NCBI GenBank assembly: GCA_032718475.1
Contig: JAUCBJ010006659.1
Coordinates: 1-64,000, forward strand
Source: Nemertoderma westbladi
Taxonomy: Eukaryota > Animalia > Xenacoelomorpha
Length of the DNA: 64,000 bases
Direction: 5' to 3'
The position numbers and the translations under genes are program-made. Below, one piece after another: positions 25,401-36,871 of the stretch. A model generated the notes under the pieces. It did not search any database, had not been told where the DNA came from, and saw only the letters and a list, made by a program, of their open reading frames with translations. The first letter of the stretch is position 1; each line of letters starts with the position of its first letter.

Positions 25401-27430
25401 AATGGAGACATTGCCCTGGTACGATTAATCCAGCCGATATCGCCTCCAGGGGAGCGACTCCACAGGAACTGATAGATACTCCAGACTGGTTGGGTGGACC
25501 CGACTTCCTGAGTAAGGAAGAAGATGAATGGCCTCCTCACCTTACTACGGCGGAGATTAGACAAGCCAAGGGAGCGGAGAAAGTCAAACCTAAAACCCGG
25601 GCGAGTAAATCGAAGTTATTTAAACCGACGATCGATCTATCTGTATTACATACTTCCGGAAACGATGCTTCGGATCCACAATCCCTCGCCACAAATAAGT
25701 CTGTTGTGGAAATTAGAGATAGAGATTGGAAATCTGGAACACCAGACGTCTCGCAAGGAATCTCACCCCTGCTGCAGAGAGCAATGCATCACTACAGTTC
25801 CTGGAATCGGCTCTGTAAAGCCGTCACATATTTAAGGCGATGTTTTCATCATCACTACTACAGGACAAAGACCATTAGTGATACCGCTCCATTGACATCT
25901 GCGCAAGTTCATGTTATTAAAAATTTACCCAAATATAAGACATCCGACCGGTTTCTAAAGGAAAAAATCAGTTACCAGGAGCATGAAGAAACCAATAAGC
26001 AGATACTGAGACTCCTGCAATGTTATGAGGATTCCGATGAGTATTTCCTGTTGTTGAGGAATCCGCAGATGCGCTTAAGGGATCGCTTCTCTAGCACAAT
26101 GATAGATGGGTTAATACGTGTTGGAGGAAGGCTCACCAATGCGCCATTATCCTTTGACACTAAATTCCCCATACTCATTAGAAATCTTGAAGTACAAATC
26201 AAGATGATTGTAGATGTTCACAGTAAACTTTATCATGCTGGTAGAGAACGAGTTCTTAGCGAAATTCGAACTCGCTATTATTTTGATAAACCCCGTAGAG
26301 CTCTGAACCAAGTTCTTAGGAACTGCATACCCTGTAGGAAAGCATTCAGTAGGCCTTTAACACAGCGAGAGGCAGAATTACCTAGGGAACGAGTAAGCTT
26401 CTATGAACCACCTTTTACTAATACTGGTGTAGATTTATTTGGCCCTATTGAAGTATATCGTGCTAGGACTATAGTCAAGAGATGGTGTGTCATCTTCGTA
26501 TGCATGACTTGTAGAGCCATCCATCTCGATATGGTGAACGATCTATCTACCAACAGCTTCGTATTAAGTTTACGCCGACAGATCGCTCGCTTCGGGACTA
26601 GTAATACCATGAGATCGGATAAGGGAACGAACTTCATTGGTGCCAACAACGAAATCCAGGCTTACATGAAGGACTGGAACCAAAGACAGGTGGACGATCA
26701 GCTAAGGATAACAGCGTCTAGCTGGACCTTCAACGCCGCCGACGCCCCTTGGTGGGGAGGAAGTTGGGAGAGATTAATTAGAAGTGTCAAGACCGCATTT
26801 CACTTTATAGTGCCATGCCGCGCGTATCTCACCGACGAACTTTTGCGGACGTTAATGGAGGAAATAGCTGCCTATCTCAACGAGAGACCGCTTATGCCAG
26901 TCTCATCGAGTCCCGATTCCCTGGAAGCGCTAACACCCGCGCACTTCCTACTGAAGAAACCTGTAGCCATGCTCCCACGATCGGAGATTACCGACGGAGA
27001 CGAATACTGCCGTCGAACTTGGCAACTTATGCAGTTGCTGTCCCGTCGTTTCGCTGACCATTTCGAGAAACATTATCTGCCCACGCTACAACTTCGAACT
27101 AAGTGGTTTGCGCAGCAAGAAAACGTCAGCGCCGGAGATATGGTGCTTATTGTAGATTCAGACCTTCCACGTAAACGGTGGCAGACAGGTCGTATCATCG
27201 AGACTCACATCTCGGATGATGGTTTAGTACGCTCGGTAGAACTCGTCGTCATGCGGCGTAACTTCAAGAAGCCAGGCATAATCTTTGAGACGCAACAACT
27301 CAACCGCCCAGTTGGTCGTTTATGTTTACTGGAAAGAGACAGAGAACTCTCCGGAAACTATGGAAGGCAAGACACTCTTCCCACGACCACCTCCCTAATT
27401 CCTCAAACATCTAGGGACTCCCCAACGTGA
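22454..27430 (+). CDS. pol: B1 Gag zinc knuckles + protease + RT + RNase H + integrase (1658 aa)
   Basis: CALCDGPHRLSAC / CYNCLRSGHQRRTC / CAKCGAKHHILLH; LLDSGS; YMDD; LHVFGDAS; HxxxxHxG...CIPC; GVDLFGP...RSDKGTNF...GGSWERL. Confidence 0.95.
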   Translation: MHGRKPEERTRVHHVTQGKVSNIKPNCALCDGPHRLSACAEFLKKSLVDRHAFMWDKRLCYNCLRSGHQRRTCYSDVKCAKCGAKHHILLHSEFERDNPSQVSEPELHVQFSDVNDTNQESEMEGFYTDEFSDANESCYLINTAVYRALTYEKDTDNEFPPTTFARQPSWKAPTSNVGIREFPVVQVRVHGPNKSYIVNALLDSGSTGTFIDQELAEDIFAGQPKFRTKLNMSGIMQVWKSTITADYYVGALSTPQDKLGAQSIRSVKMVAIKNFATTQVEPYNWDEDESIQQLKIPRFQTDYPGVQILIGQNAHEALETLEKRPAQPQPLQTYAVRTRVGWYFTGPSRRTLEERMPQERIYQVNDWEVENSEVDELTEGTPYSSDNDDIYQLFDEENTIDLLTENKTWKNQVNLCQLIRPSGPIDYNDELNDEIERYNARTRDELAVRFFTQELVEPNSYDKALSIEEERAKQIQETTTRFLKDQGRYEIGLPFRKREPRFINNRPLAEKRITQLHRRLTANASAKEMYQTQLKKFITKGYAERVPEGTPVTERTYYLTHHYVPKPGKPHEVRVVFDGSALYMGQSLNSELLPGPNLLQSLLGILLRLRQYSIAFASDIEGMFLQVKALDRDRDSLRFLWWPEGDRNQKPVEYWMTIQAFGIISSPSNACSVVRTTANDNRDAFSKEVIDNIKRDIYMDDNLKSLPSVEEAIDVAKGTVECLKRGGFRLKKFSSNAREFLEAIPVEDRGTKDLDLIKDDLPETKTLGLKWDTERDILFFQLKQRDNPVRTKRICLSILSTYFDPLGFISPVILIARSLVQQMWLENHSWDDPLKGELLKKWMKWEDSLPAIESFVISRAYFGHVLPTYSYQLHVFGDASDMGIGIVAYLRVETPDGIKVALVTSKALINNKLKVPRAELKAALYATAIGRNVTEQIDYPLEKTVYWTDALLMLEYITNEVCQFSVFVTNRVAIILSRTKIDQWRHCPGTINPADIASRGATPQELIDTPDWLGGPDFLSKEEDEWPPHLTTAEIRQAKGAEKVKPKTRASKSKLFKPTIDLSVLHTSGNDASDPQSLATNKSVVEIRDRDWKSGTPDVSQGISPLLQRAMHHYSSWNRLCKAVTYLRRCFHHHYYRTKTISDTAPLTSAQVHVIKNLPKYKTSDRFLKEKISYQEHEETNKQILRLLQCYEDSDEYFLLLRNPQMRLRDRFSSTMIDGLIRVGGRLTNAPLSFDTKFPILIRNLEVQIKMIVDVHSKLYHAGRERVLSEIRTRYYFDKPRRALNQVLRNCIPCRKAFSRPLTQREAELPRERVSFYEPPFTNTGVDLFGPIEVYRARTIVKRWCVIFVCMTCRAIHLDMVNDLSTNSFVLSLRRQIARFGTSNTMRSDKGTNFIGANNEIQAYMKDWNQRQVDDQLRITASSWTFNAADAPWWGGSWERLIRSVKTAFHFIVPCRAYLTDELLRTLMEEIAAYLNERPLMPVSSSPDSLEALTPAHFLLKKPVAMLPRSEITDGDEYCRRTWQLMQLLSRRFADHFEKHYLPTLQLRTKWFAQQENVSAGDMVLIVDSDLPRKRWQTGRIIETHISDDGLVRSVELVVMRRNFKKPGIIFETQQLNRPVGRLCLLERDRELSGNYGRQDTLPTTTSLIPQTSRDSPT

Positions 27431-29050
27431 TACGTCTGGAGTGGGTGCATGACTATATTATTCTATCTATTTTTATTATATTTTTATATGCGAATGTTAT
27501 TATGTACTTTATTATAATCGTTTTATTTAATTTTATTTAGTAGAATGTTATTTTAGATTATTTAGTAGGTTAGTGCAATATATTAGTGTTTATTACGTAA
27601 TTACACATAATATATATATTTAATATGATGGCGAGAAATAATTCTTTCTTTTCCTTACTGTCCGTATTATATTATAAATACGAGACTACATGTAAGATGA
27701 CATGTCAGTACTTATTAAAGTACAATAAAGCTCCTACTATATTTAAGTATTATTGGTAGGCAGAGTATTAGGAATGCAAAGTTCAGATCCTCGTGTCTCG
27801 GCTAAACCAAGCTCTGGGTAGACCTTGGAAACGACTTGCCTCTTCACACTGACATTGCTTCGTGCGATATTGCTCTTCTACTTTATATTAAATAATACAT
27901 ATAGTAGCGTGATGTCCCTATAACAGTAGCGTAAAACGCAAATAAATCTGTTAAACCTTTTGACCATCTGTAATTCTAGTCGATTAAGATATCGCGGCAC
28001 CCACCGATATACTTGAAAGACAAATTCTAGAATCAGTGGTTAACGTCCCCAGACAAGTTCTGGAATAAATCGGTGCCCATCTTAAATATTAATTTAATAT
28101 TTATTAAAATCTGTAAAATTCAGATCCTTTAAAATTTCTAGTCAATTAAGATATCGCAGCACTTACCGATACTCTTAAAAGACAATTTACAGAATTAAGG
28201 ATCCTAGGTCCCCAGACATGCTCTGGAATAAAATTGTGTCAATTTTACCATCAAATAATAAAATTCACGGGAATAAATTTAAATTCATATCTTAAATGAA
28301 TTTCATAAATTGTCATTTGTGCAATTTATAACATTCCCAAAATTCCATTAATTAATAGATCATGGGAGCGGAGATTCATCCTATTGAGTGTATTAGAGTG
28401 CGAGAATCTCCAACATATAGTCAATAGCCGATAAAATTAATAAAATCATACATAAGGAGGATATTGACAATTAAAGAATTACTATTAAATAGCATTCCAG
28501 ATCTGTATGCATGAGAATTACCCTAATTCTACCGCTAGCTTTCCATAATGTCACCATAGCAACACCCACGCTAGAATTAGAAGCAAGTTAAAAGAACAAT
28601 AGAAAGCTTGTCCCATTGCCTAGCATAGAGAATGCATAGCACACTGTTAGTATCCAAAGATACACAGTAATAACGTGACATTCTGGAAGGCACTGACTAA
28701 TGGACAAATGGCCTGTATGTGTACAATTGGTGACAGTTGTGTGGGAATTTGTGCGTTTATAGGTGAATGTTACTGCTAAAGTATGTTTACAGTAGCTAGT
28801 CGCAATTGTAAAAGTAGCCCAACTCTCCTATAGAAAGAACCTAAAGTGGATTCAAGCCTTTGGGACGGACAGTGGAGTGACTTGTGCCGGTTATCGTTGT
28901 CGTGCTGTTGCTACATGTTGGCGTAAACACAGCGACAACGGTACATCGGCGCTGAGAATCCCACTGTCCGGGGGCAAAGAAAGGTAGGCAGCGACGCCCG
29001 CTCGCCTAAACATAAACTCCTTATAATATTAATAAACCCAAATAGCAGAT

Positions 29051-30643
29051 ATGACGGAGTTGATAGAAGATGATCTTGGTATCAGGGAGCGATATACTCT
29101 ACCTTTACAAGCATTTGTGGATAGCTTGATACGCGGTGAAGCCGATCCAACCATTACGGAGGACGATGGTCGTTATATCGAACCGCCGATGTCCCAAGAG
29201 CAACTTACGCGTGAATTGGACTATCGAAAATTCACCGCTCGCTATACGCATCGTAATGGTACGTATATGGACTTCTTAACTACCGGCCATCCTATCGACT
29301 TGCATGATACGGACGATGTAGACACCGAAAGGGAAATGGTTCTATTTAAATATCATACCCAGCGGAGTCGTAACGATAAACCGAGAATAGAACACGAAAA
29401 TTCTATTCGTAACAGACTGGAAAGAGAAAACGTTGAAGAACCGGATAAACGCATCGACTTCAACGACTACCTGGAATTTTGGGAGAAACCTATCTCAACA
29501 TCGCCAGTCAGCAGAACCTCGAGACTCTATATCCTCAAGGTATACATCATGACCCCATGGTAGAACTCAAACGGCTCTATTTCACTATGATGTATCTTAC
29601 CGCCGATCGTCCACTACCTGTTATCCCGGATAGTTTTGAACAAATGGAAGAATATTGCAAAACTGGAGAACGATCACCCGCGTTTCCTCTACAGGACGTA
29701 CGTCTTTGGTGTTATTGTGACGAATGCCCTAGACCCAACCAACAAACTGAAGGACACAAACGTCCGCTGTTCCTATTTCCACGAACAACCGGCGATGGAA
29801 ATTTATTGCGCGTATTGCAGACTCAATAACTTGCACATTTTTGCGGTTTGCCCTCAATTTATGACTCAATGTCACCATTGTCAACTAAAGGGACACGCCA
29901 GTTTCGATTGCCCTTTTAATCACGATTTGGAAAGCGTAGATGAAATGATCACACTACGTTACATCAGAGCTTGGGAAGCGAACGCTGATTTACATTGTGA
30001 TTCGCGCCATCGCTATTATCCCGGACGCGCTTACGAAGGAGTTTATGCGTTCCATCCTTATCTATTCGCTTCTGTCGAACAGAAATCACGCATATTGAGT
30101 TACGAACTACTGAAGCGCGTCGGAGAATGTATTTCAACCAAGTTCGTACGCAAATTTCTCAGGAGTGTTAATCCTAGCGACCTTCATTCATATAACCTAA
30201 TCAATTTTATCCGTCAGGATCCGGACTATGGAGACTTATTTGTTAACTTACACCCCGAGTTACAGGAAGTATATCGACGGCCTTACGAATACCGAGCCCG
30301 CGAACGCGAGTTGGAAAGAACCATTAAACCCAGGAAGTTTCTGACTGCCTATGGTCCACCCACGGCTCTCGTTCAGACCACTCTTAAAGGACCCGTAAGA
30401 GCGGCCGTCCTAAAACGCGCTCTCAAGGCCGTTAGATCCCTCTCCCCCGACGTTGATGTCAATCAACCCGGCACTTCGACTGGCGGATACACCGACCATA
30501 ATCCTACACCCTCTGATGCAATCATATTGCACCCTTCACCCAGGAGTTATAGCCCTCCTTGTAAAGTGGCTCGCCCCAAAGAGAAAAAGACTCTGGTCAG
30601 CTTTAAAAAACTGCGTAAACGCCGTCCGCGCAGGAAAGACTAA
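29051..30643 (+). pseudogene. B1 ORF3 (env position): zinc-knuckle accessory protein with two frameshifts
   Basis: Three overlapping frames (29051, 29479, 29636); the B2 copy shows the ~29480 shift is a 1-nt loss; homologous to element C ORF3. Confidence 0.75.
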
Positions 30644-30712
30644 CTGTTTAGAGTATTTACGTATATTAGAAACTGTGATTTTGTATATTTATAGACTTGA
30701 ATCCCATTTTCT

Positions 30713-30720
30713 GGGAGCGG
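30713..30720 (+). other. B1 polypurine tract GGGAGCGG
   Basis: Immediately precedes LTR2; B2 has GGGAGTGG (59184-59191) and C has GGAGCGG. Confidence 0.75.
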
Positions 30721-31929
30721 TGTAAAAGCTTTTGTGGATATAATCAGTCCCCTTGCCCGCAAAGTACCGTTGTAGGTGTTTTAACGGACATAAAAGTCAT
30801 TCTTCTATATGTGTGCTTTGGCGGACATGGCAAGGCACAAAACCCGCAATGCTCAAATCCTCTAGCACAGTGTAGCCTTGATGATTCAGATTACGACATC
30901 TAACAGCTGGTTGCTGGCATGGAAACGGCCGTTGGACACATGGTTCTTTGTTTAGCTTAACAGCCAATCAGGGCGATTTTTACTGTCGATGTGGAGATAT
31001 TCTACAGATCGTGCTAGGAGTGTTCAGTCTTATAGTTTTCTGTGTTATAGTTTTGTTGTTCCTTCTAGGCCAAGAACACCGGCTCTGGAGTCAATTCGTT
31101 TCAGACTTTAGAAGAAACATTAGTAGGCTTAGATTATAGAACGTATAACTGTTATCAACCCAATCAGTCTTATCAGCGCAGTAGCGCAGCGGTACAATCT
31201 TATATTGTTATAATCTTAACCTACCGTCTTAATGCTTTTTACTGTTGTCATTATTTGTATCAGTTGGTTGAATATTATTATTTGGAGAACATCGATAAAT
31301 AACCCAAATTTCCCAATTTTCTTGATACACTACAGGTTAGAGAGACAGGTTACATATAGCGATTGCGACTTATATTATCGTGGTTTGTAGTGAATTTAAT
31401 GCTATTTGATAAGCACTACATGAGTCAATTGCTGTTCTCTTTATATATGATAAAATTCATTGACGGTCGGCAGATTAGTGTGCAGTATTGTGCGGTACCG
31501 GTAGTGTGCATGATTGTGGCTGATAACTAAGCATGTCCTAAAGAATGCGCCTCATACGTGAATCATAAGCCTTACAGTCTTACAGTTGTGTTTAGTATAA
31601 GTCATATCTCTGTTTACCTAGATAGAGCGCCACGTCCTAAAGGAACTGTTAATATTTCCCGAAAGTTAATAATACTCGTCAGAAATTATTTATTAACGAT
31701 CAATCGAATAATACAGTAAGCTTACACTGCAATAATAAAATCTAAGCCCCATCCGAATCCAGTCTCCCGGGTATATCCAGCGGGTGAATGGACGCGCACT
31801 AGGCTGGCTTCGGCTAATGTTGTGTTTATTGGTATTAAATACTTGTCATTTACTAAAGTCTATTTATAAACCAAAAGACATATAAATTTTGGCAGGTTAA
31901 ACTGCTAAAGGTCTTCAAAAGCGCGTACA
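30721..31929 (+). repeat. B1 3' LTR (LTR2, 1209 bp)
   Basis: TGTAAAAGC...GCGCGTACA; right ~480 bp near-identical to LTR1. Confidence 0.92.
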
Positions 31930-34900
31930 AACTCCTCCTACGTCTCCCAAGAGAATTCAGGTGAGAAAGCCCGAAGAAAGAACGAGTGTGCACAATGTTA
32001 TTCAAAATAAAGTAAGTAACATCAAACCGAAATGTGCGTTATGTGACGGGACCCACCGTTTGAATATGTGTGATGAATTCCTGAAGAAATCATTAACGGA
32101 GAGACGAGAAGTCATGTGGGATAAGCGGTTGTGTTATAATTGCCTCAGACAAGGACACCAACGGCGAACCTGTTACTCCGACACAAGGTGTGCAAAGTGC
32201 GGTGCGAAACATCATATCTTGTTGCACACTGAATTCGAACGAAACAGTCCGAGTCAGGTAAGTGATTCCGAACTACATGTCCAATTCAGTGATGTGAACG
32301 ACACTGACCAAAGTTCTGAGATGGAAGGATTCTATACGGATGAATTCTCTGACAAAGATAAATCCTGTTACATGATAAATACCGCAGTGTATCGAGCACT
32401 TACGTATGAAAAAGACACAGACAGCGACCTCACCCTAACTACTTCTGATCGACAACCATCTTGGAAAGCGCCACCTTCCAATGTAGGAATCCGAGAATTT
32501 CCTGTAGTACAGTGAAGGGTCCACGGACCTAAAAGGAGTTATGTAGTGAACGCCCTCCTTGACTCCGGTAGTACAGGAACATTCATCAACAAAGAACTAG
32601 CCGAAGACATCTTTGCTGGACAACCCAAGTTCAGAACTAAGCTAAACATGTCAGGAATTATGCAGGTTTGGAAATCTACAGTAATAGCGGATTATTATGT
32701 AGGTGAGTTGTCCACCCCCCAGGATGAACTAGGAGAACATAGTATAAGGTCAGTAAAAATGGTGGCGATAAAGAACTTCGCTACCACCCAAGTGGAACCT
32801 TATAACTGGGATGAGGACGATTTCACCCAGCAGCTGGAAGTACCTAGATTCAACACCGATTACCCTGGAGTGCAAATACTCATCGGTCAAAACGCGCATG
32901 AAGCGCTCGAGACATTGGAGAAACGGCCTGCTCAACCGTAACCACTACAAGCTTATGCGGGAAGAACTAGAGTGGGTTGGTACTTTAGAGAATGGGAAGT
33001 CGAGAGCAGTGAGTTAGACGATCCAACTGAGGGAACACCATACTCCTCAGATAATGACGATGTCCACCAACTTTTCGATGAGGAGAATACCATTGATCTC
33101 CTTAAGGAAAACGAGACTTGGCAAAACCAAGTGAACTTATGTCAGCTCCTTCTTCCATCAGAACGAGACGACTATAACGACGAACTTAATGACGTCATTG
33201 AACGTTATAATGCCAAAACTCGGGATGAACACGCCGTACGATTCTTTACTCAAGAGGCTGTAGAGCCCAATTCCTACGATAAGGCCCTATCGGTAGAGGA
33301 AGAAAGAGCCAAGCAGATCCAAGAGACAACTACACGTTTTCTTAAAGATCAAGGTAGATATGAGATCGGTCTACCTTTCCGAAAGCGAGAACCAAAGTTC
33401 GTAAACAACAGACCCTTGGCGGAGAAAAGAATTGCTCAACTACATCGACGCCTTACGGCAAATTCTTCAGCTAAAGAAATGTATCAAACGCAGTTGAAGA
33501 AATTTATTAGCAAGGGATATGCGGAGCTAGTACCGGAAGAAACACCTATAACTGAGAGAACTTATTATTTAACTCACCATTACGTTCCCAAACCCGGTAA
33601 ACCCCATGAGGTACGAGTGGTGTTTGACGGCTCCGCCCTCTATATGGGCCAATCCCTTAATTCCGAATTGTTACCCGGACCTAACTTACTCCAATCCTTG
33701 TTGGGAATACTCTTAAGATTAAGACAATATTCAATTGCTTTCGCCTCAGATATAGAAGGCATGTTCTTACAAGTCAAGGCGCTGGATAGGGATCGAGATA
33801 GCCTACGATTTCTGTGGTGGCCTGAAGGAGACCTCAACCAGAAACCGGTGGAGTACTGGATGACCATCCAGGCTTTTGGGATAATCTCAAGCCCTTCAAA
33901 CGCCTGTTCAGTGGTGCGCACCACTGCGGATGACAACCGAGAAGCCTTCTCTGAAGAGGTGATTGACAACATCAAGCGGGATATATACATGGACGATAAT
34001 CTAAAGTCCCTTCCATCAGTCGAAGAAGCCATTGACGTCGCTAAAGGAACGGTAGAGTGGTTAAAAAGAGGTGGATTTCGATTAACTAAATTCACCAGCA
34101 ACTCCCGTGAGTTTCTGGAGTCGATCCCGGTAGAAGATCGAGGAGCGAAAGACCTAGATCTAATAAAAGATGATCTCCCAGAAACTAAGACCCTTGGTTT
34201 GAAATGGGACACAGAAAGAGATATCCTGTTTTTCCAACTAAAACAGCGAGATAATCCAATTCGGACTAAACGGATTTGTTTAAGTATCCTGAGCACTTAT
34301 TTCGATCCATTGGGATTTATTAGCCCAGTTATATTGATTGCTCGGAGTTTAGTACAACAAATGTGGCTTGAAAACCACTCATGGGACGATCCACTTAAGG
34401 GAGAATTATTAAAGAAGTGGATGAAATGGGAAGATTCTCTACCAGCCATCGAGAACTTTATAATTTCCCGTTCATATTTTGGTCATGTTCTCCCTACGTA
34501 TTCCTATCAACTCCATGTGTTTGGAGACGCCAGCGATATGGGAATAGGTATAGTAGCCTACCTAAGGGTGGAAACTCCGGACGGAATCAAAGTCGCCTTG
34601 GTTACCTCTAAGGCATTGATAAACAACAAGTTGAAAGTTCCTCGAGCGGAGTTAAAAGCGGCTCTATACGCTACAGCCATCGGCCGGAATGTAACAGAAC
34701 AGATCGACTATCCACTGGAGAAAACTGTCTATTGGACCGACACTTTACTCGTGTTGGAGTATATAACCAATGAAGTCTGTCAGTTAAGCGTCTTCGTTAC
34801 CAATAGAGTAGCCATTATACTCAGTCGCACAACGATGGATCAATGGAGACATTGCCCCGGAACGATTAATCCAGCAGACATCGCCTCCAGGGGAGCAACT

Positions 34901-36871
34901 CCACAAGAACTGGTAGATACTCCAGACTGGTTAGGTGGACCCGACTTCCTCTACAAAGAAGAAGAAGAATGGCCTCCTCATCTTACTACAGCAGAGATTA
35001 GACAGGCCAAGGGAGCGGAGAAAGTCAAACCTAAAACTCGGGCGAGTAAATCGAAGTTATTTAAACCTATGGTAGATCTGTCTGTACTACATACTTCCGG
35101 AGACGACGCTTTGGATCAGAAACCCACAGCCACAAATAAGTCTGTAGTGGAAATCCGTGAGAAGGATTGGAAATCTGGAATACCAGACGTCTCGCAAGGA
35201 CTCTCACCTCTTCTGCAGAGAGCGATACATCACTACAGTTCCTGGAATCGGCTCTGTAAGGCCATTACATATTTAAAGAGATGTTTTCACCATCACTACT
35301 CCGGGATGAAGACCAAAAGTGATACCGCTCCAATAACATCGGTGAAGGTCCATGTTATTAAAGATCTTCCCAAATATAAGATATCCGACAGGTTTCTGAA
35401 GGAGAAGATCAGTTATCAGGAGCATGAAGAAACCAACAAGCAGATGCTGAGACTCCTGCAATGCTATGAGGATTCCGATAAGTATTTCCTGTTGTTGAGA
35501 AATCCGCAGATGCGCTTAAGGGATCGTTTCTCTAGCACAATGATAGATGGGTTGATACGTGTTGGAGGAAGATTAACGAATGCTCCATTATCCTTTGACA
35601 CTAAGTTTCCCATACTCATTAGAAATCTTGAGATACAAGTCAAGATGATTGTAGATGTTCACAGCAAACTTTATCATGCTGGTAGAGAACGAGTTCTTAG
35701 CGAAATTCGAACTCGCTATTATTTTTATAAACCCCATAGAGCTCTGAACCAAGTTCTTAGGAACTGCATACCCTGTAGGAAAGCATTCAGTAGGCCTTTA
35801 ACACAGCGAGAGGCAGAATTACCTAGGGAACGAGTAAGCTTCTATGAACCACCCTTTACTAATACCGGTGTAGATTTATTTGGCCCTATTGAAGTATATC
35901 GTGCTAGGACTATAGTCAAGAGATGGTGTGTCATCTTTGTTTGTATGACTTGTAGAGCTATCCATCTCGATATGGTGAACGATTTATCTACCAACAGCTT
36001 CCTATTAAGCTTACGACGACAGATCGCTCGCTTTGGAACTAGTAACACGATGAGATCTGATAAGGGAACAATCTTCATTGGTGCCAACAATGAAATCAAA
36101 GCTTATGTCAAAGATTGGAACCAAAGACAGGTGGACGATCAGCTACGAGTAACAGCGTCTAGCTGGACCTTCAACGCCGCCGACGCCCCTTGGTGGGGAG
36201 GAAGTTGGGAGAGATTAATAAGAAGTGTGAAGACCGCATTTCACTTTATAGTGCCATGCCGCGCGTATCTCACCGACGAACTTTTGCGGACGTTAATGGA
36301 GGAAATCGCCGCCTATCTCAACGAGAGACCGCTTATGCCAGTCTCATCGAGTCCCGATTCCCTGGAAGCGCTAACACCCGCGCATTTCCTACTGAAGAAG
36401 CCTGTAGCCATGCTCCCACAATCGGAAATCACAGACGGAGTCGAATACTGCCGGCAAACTTGGCAACTCATGCAGTTGTTATCCCGTCGTTTCGCTGACC
36501 ATTTCGAAAAACATTATCTGCCCACACTACAACTTCGAACTAAGTGGTTTGCGCAGCAAGAAAACGTCAGCGCTGGAGACATGGTTCTTATTGTGGATGT
36601 AGATCTTCCACGTAAGCGGTGGCAGACAGGTCGTATCATCGAGACTCACATCTCGGATGACGGTTTAGTGCAATCGGTAGAACTCGTCGTCATGCGACGT
36701 AACTTCAAGAAACCGGGAATTGTCTTCGAGACACAGCAGCTCAATCGCCCAGTTGGTCGTTTATGTTTACTGGAAAGGGACAGAGAACTCTCCGGAAACT
36801 ATGGAAGGCAAGATACTCTTCCCACGACCACCTCCCTAATCCAACAAACATCTAGGGACTCCCCAACGTAA
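31930..36871 (+). pseudogene. pol: B2 gag C-terminus + pol, resuming mid-gag; stops at ~32513 and ~32939; RT-RH-IN ORF 32972-36871
   Basis: High-identity paralog of B1 22430-27430; starts abruptly at the position homologous to ~22429. Confidence 0.93.
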
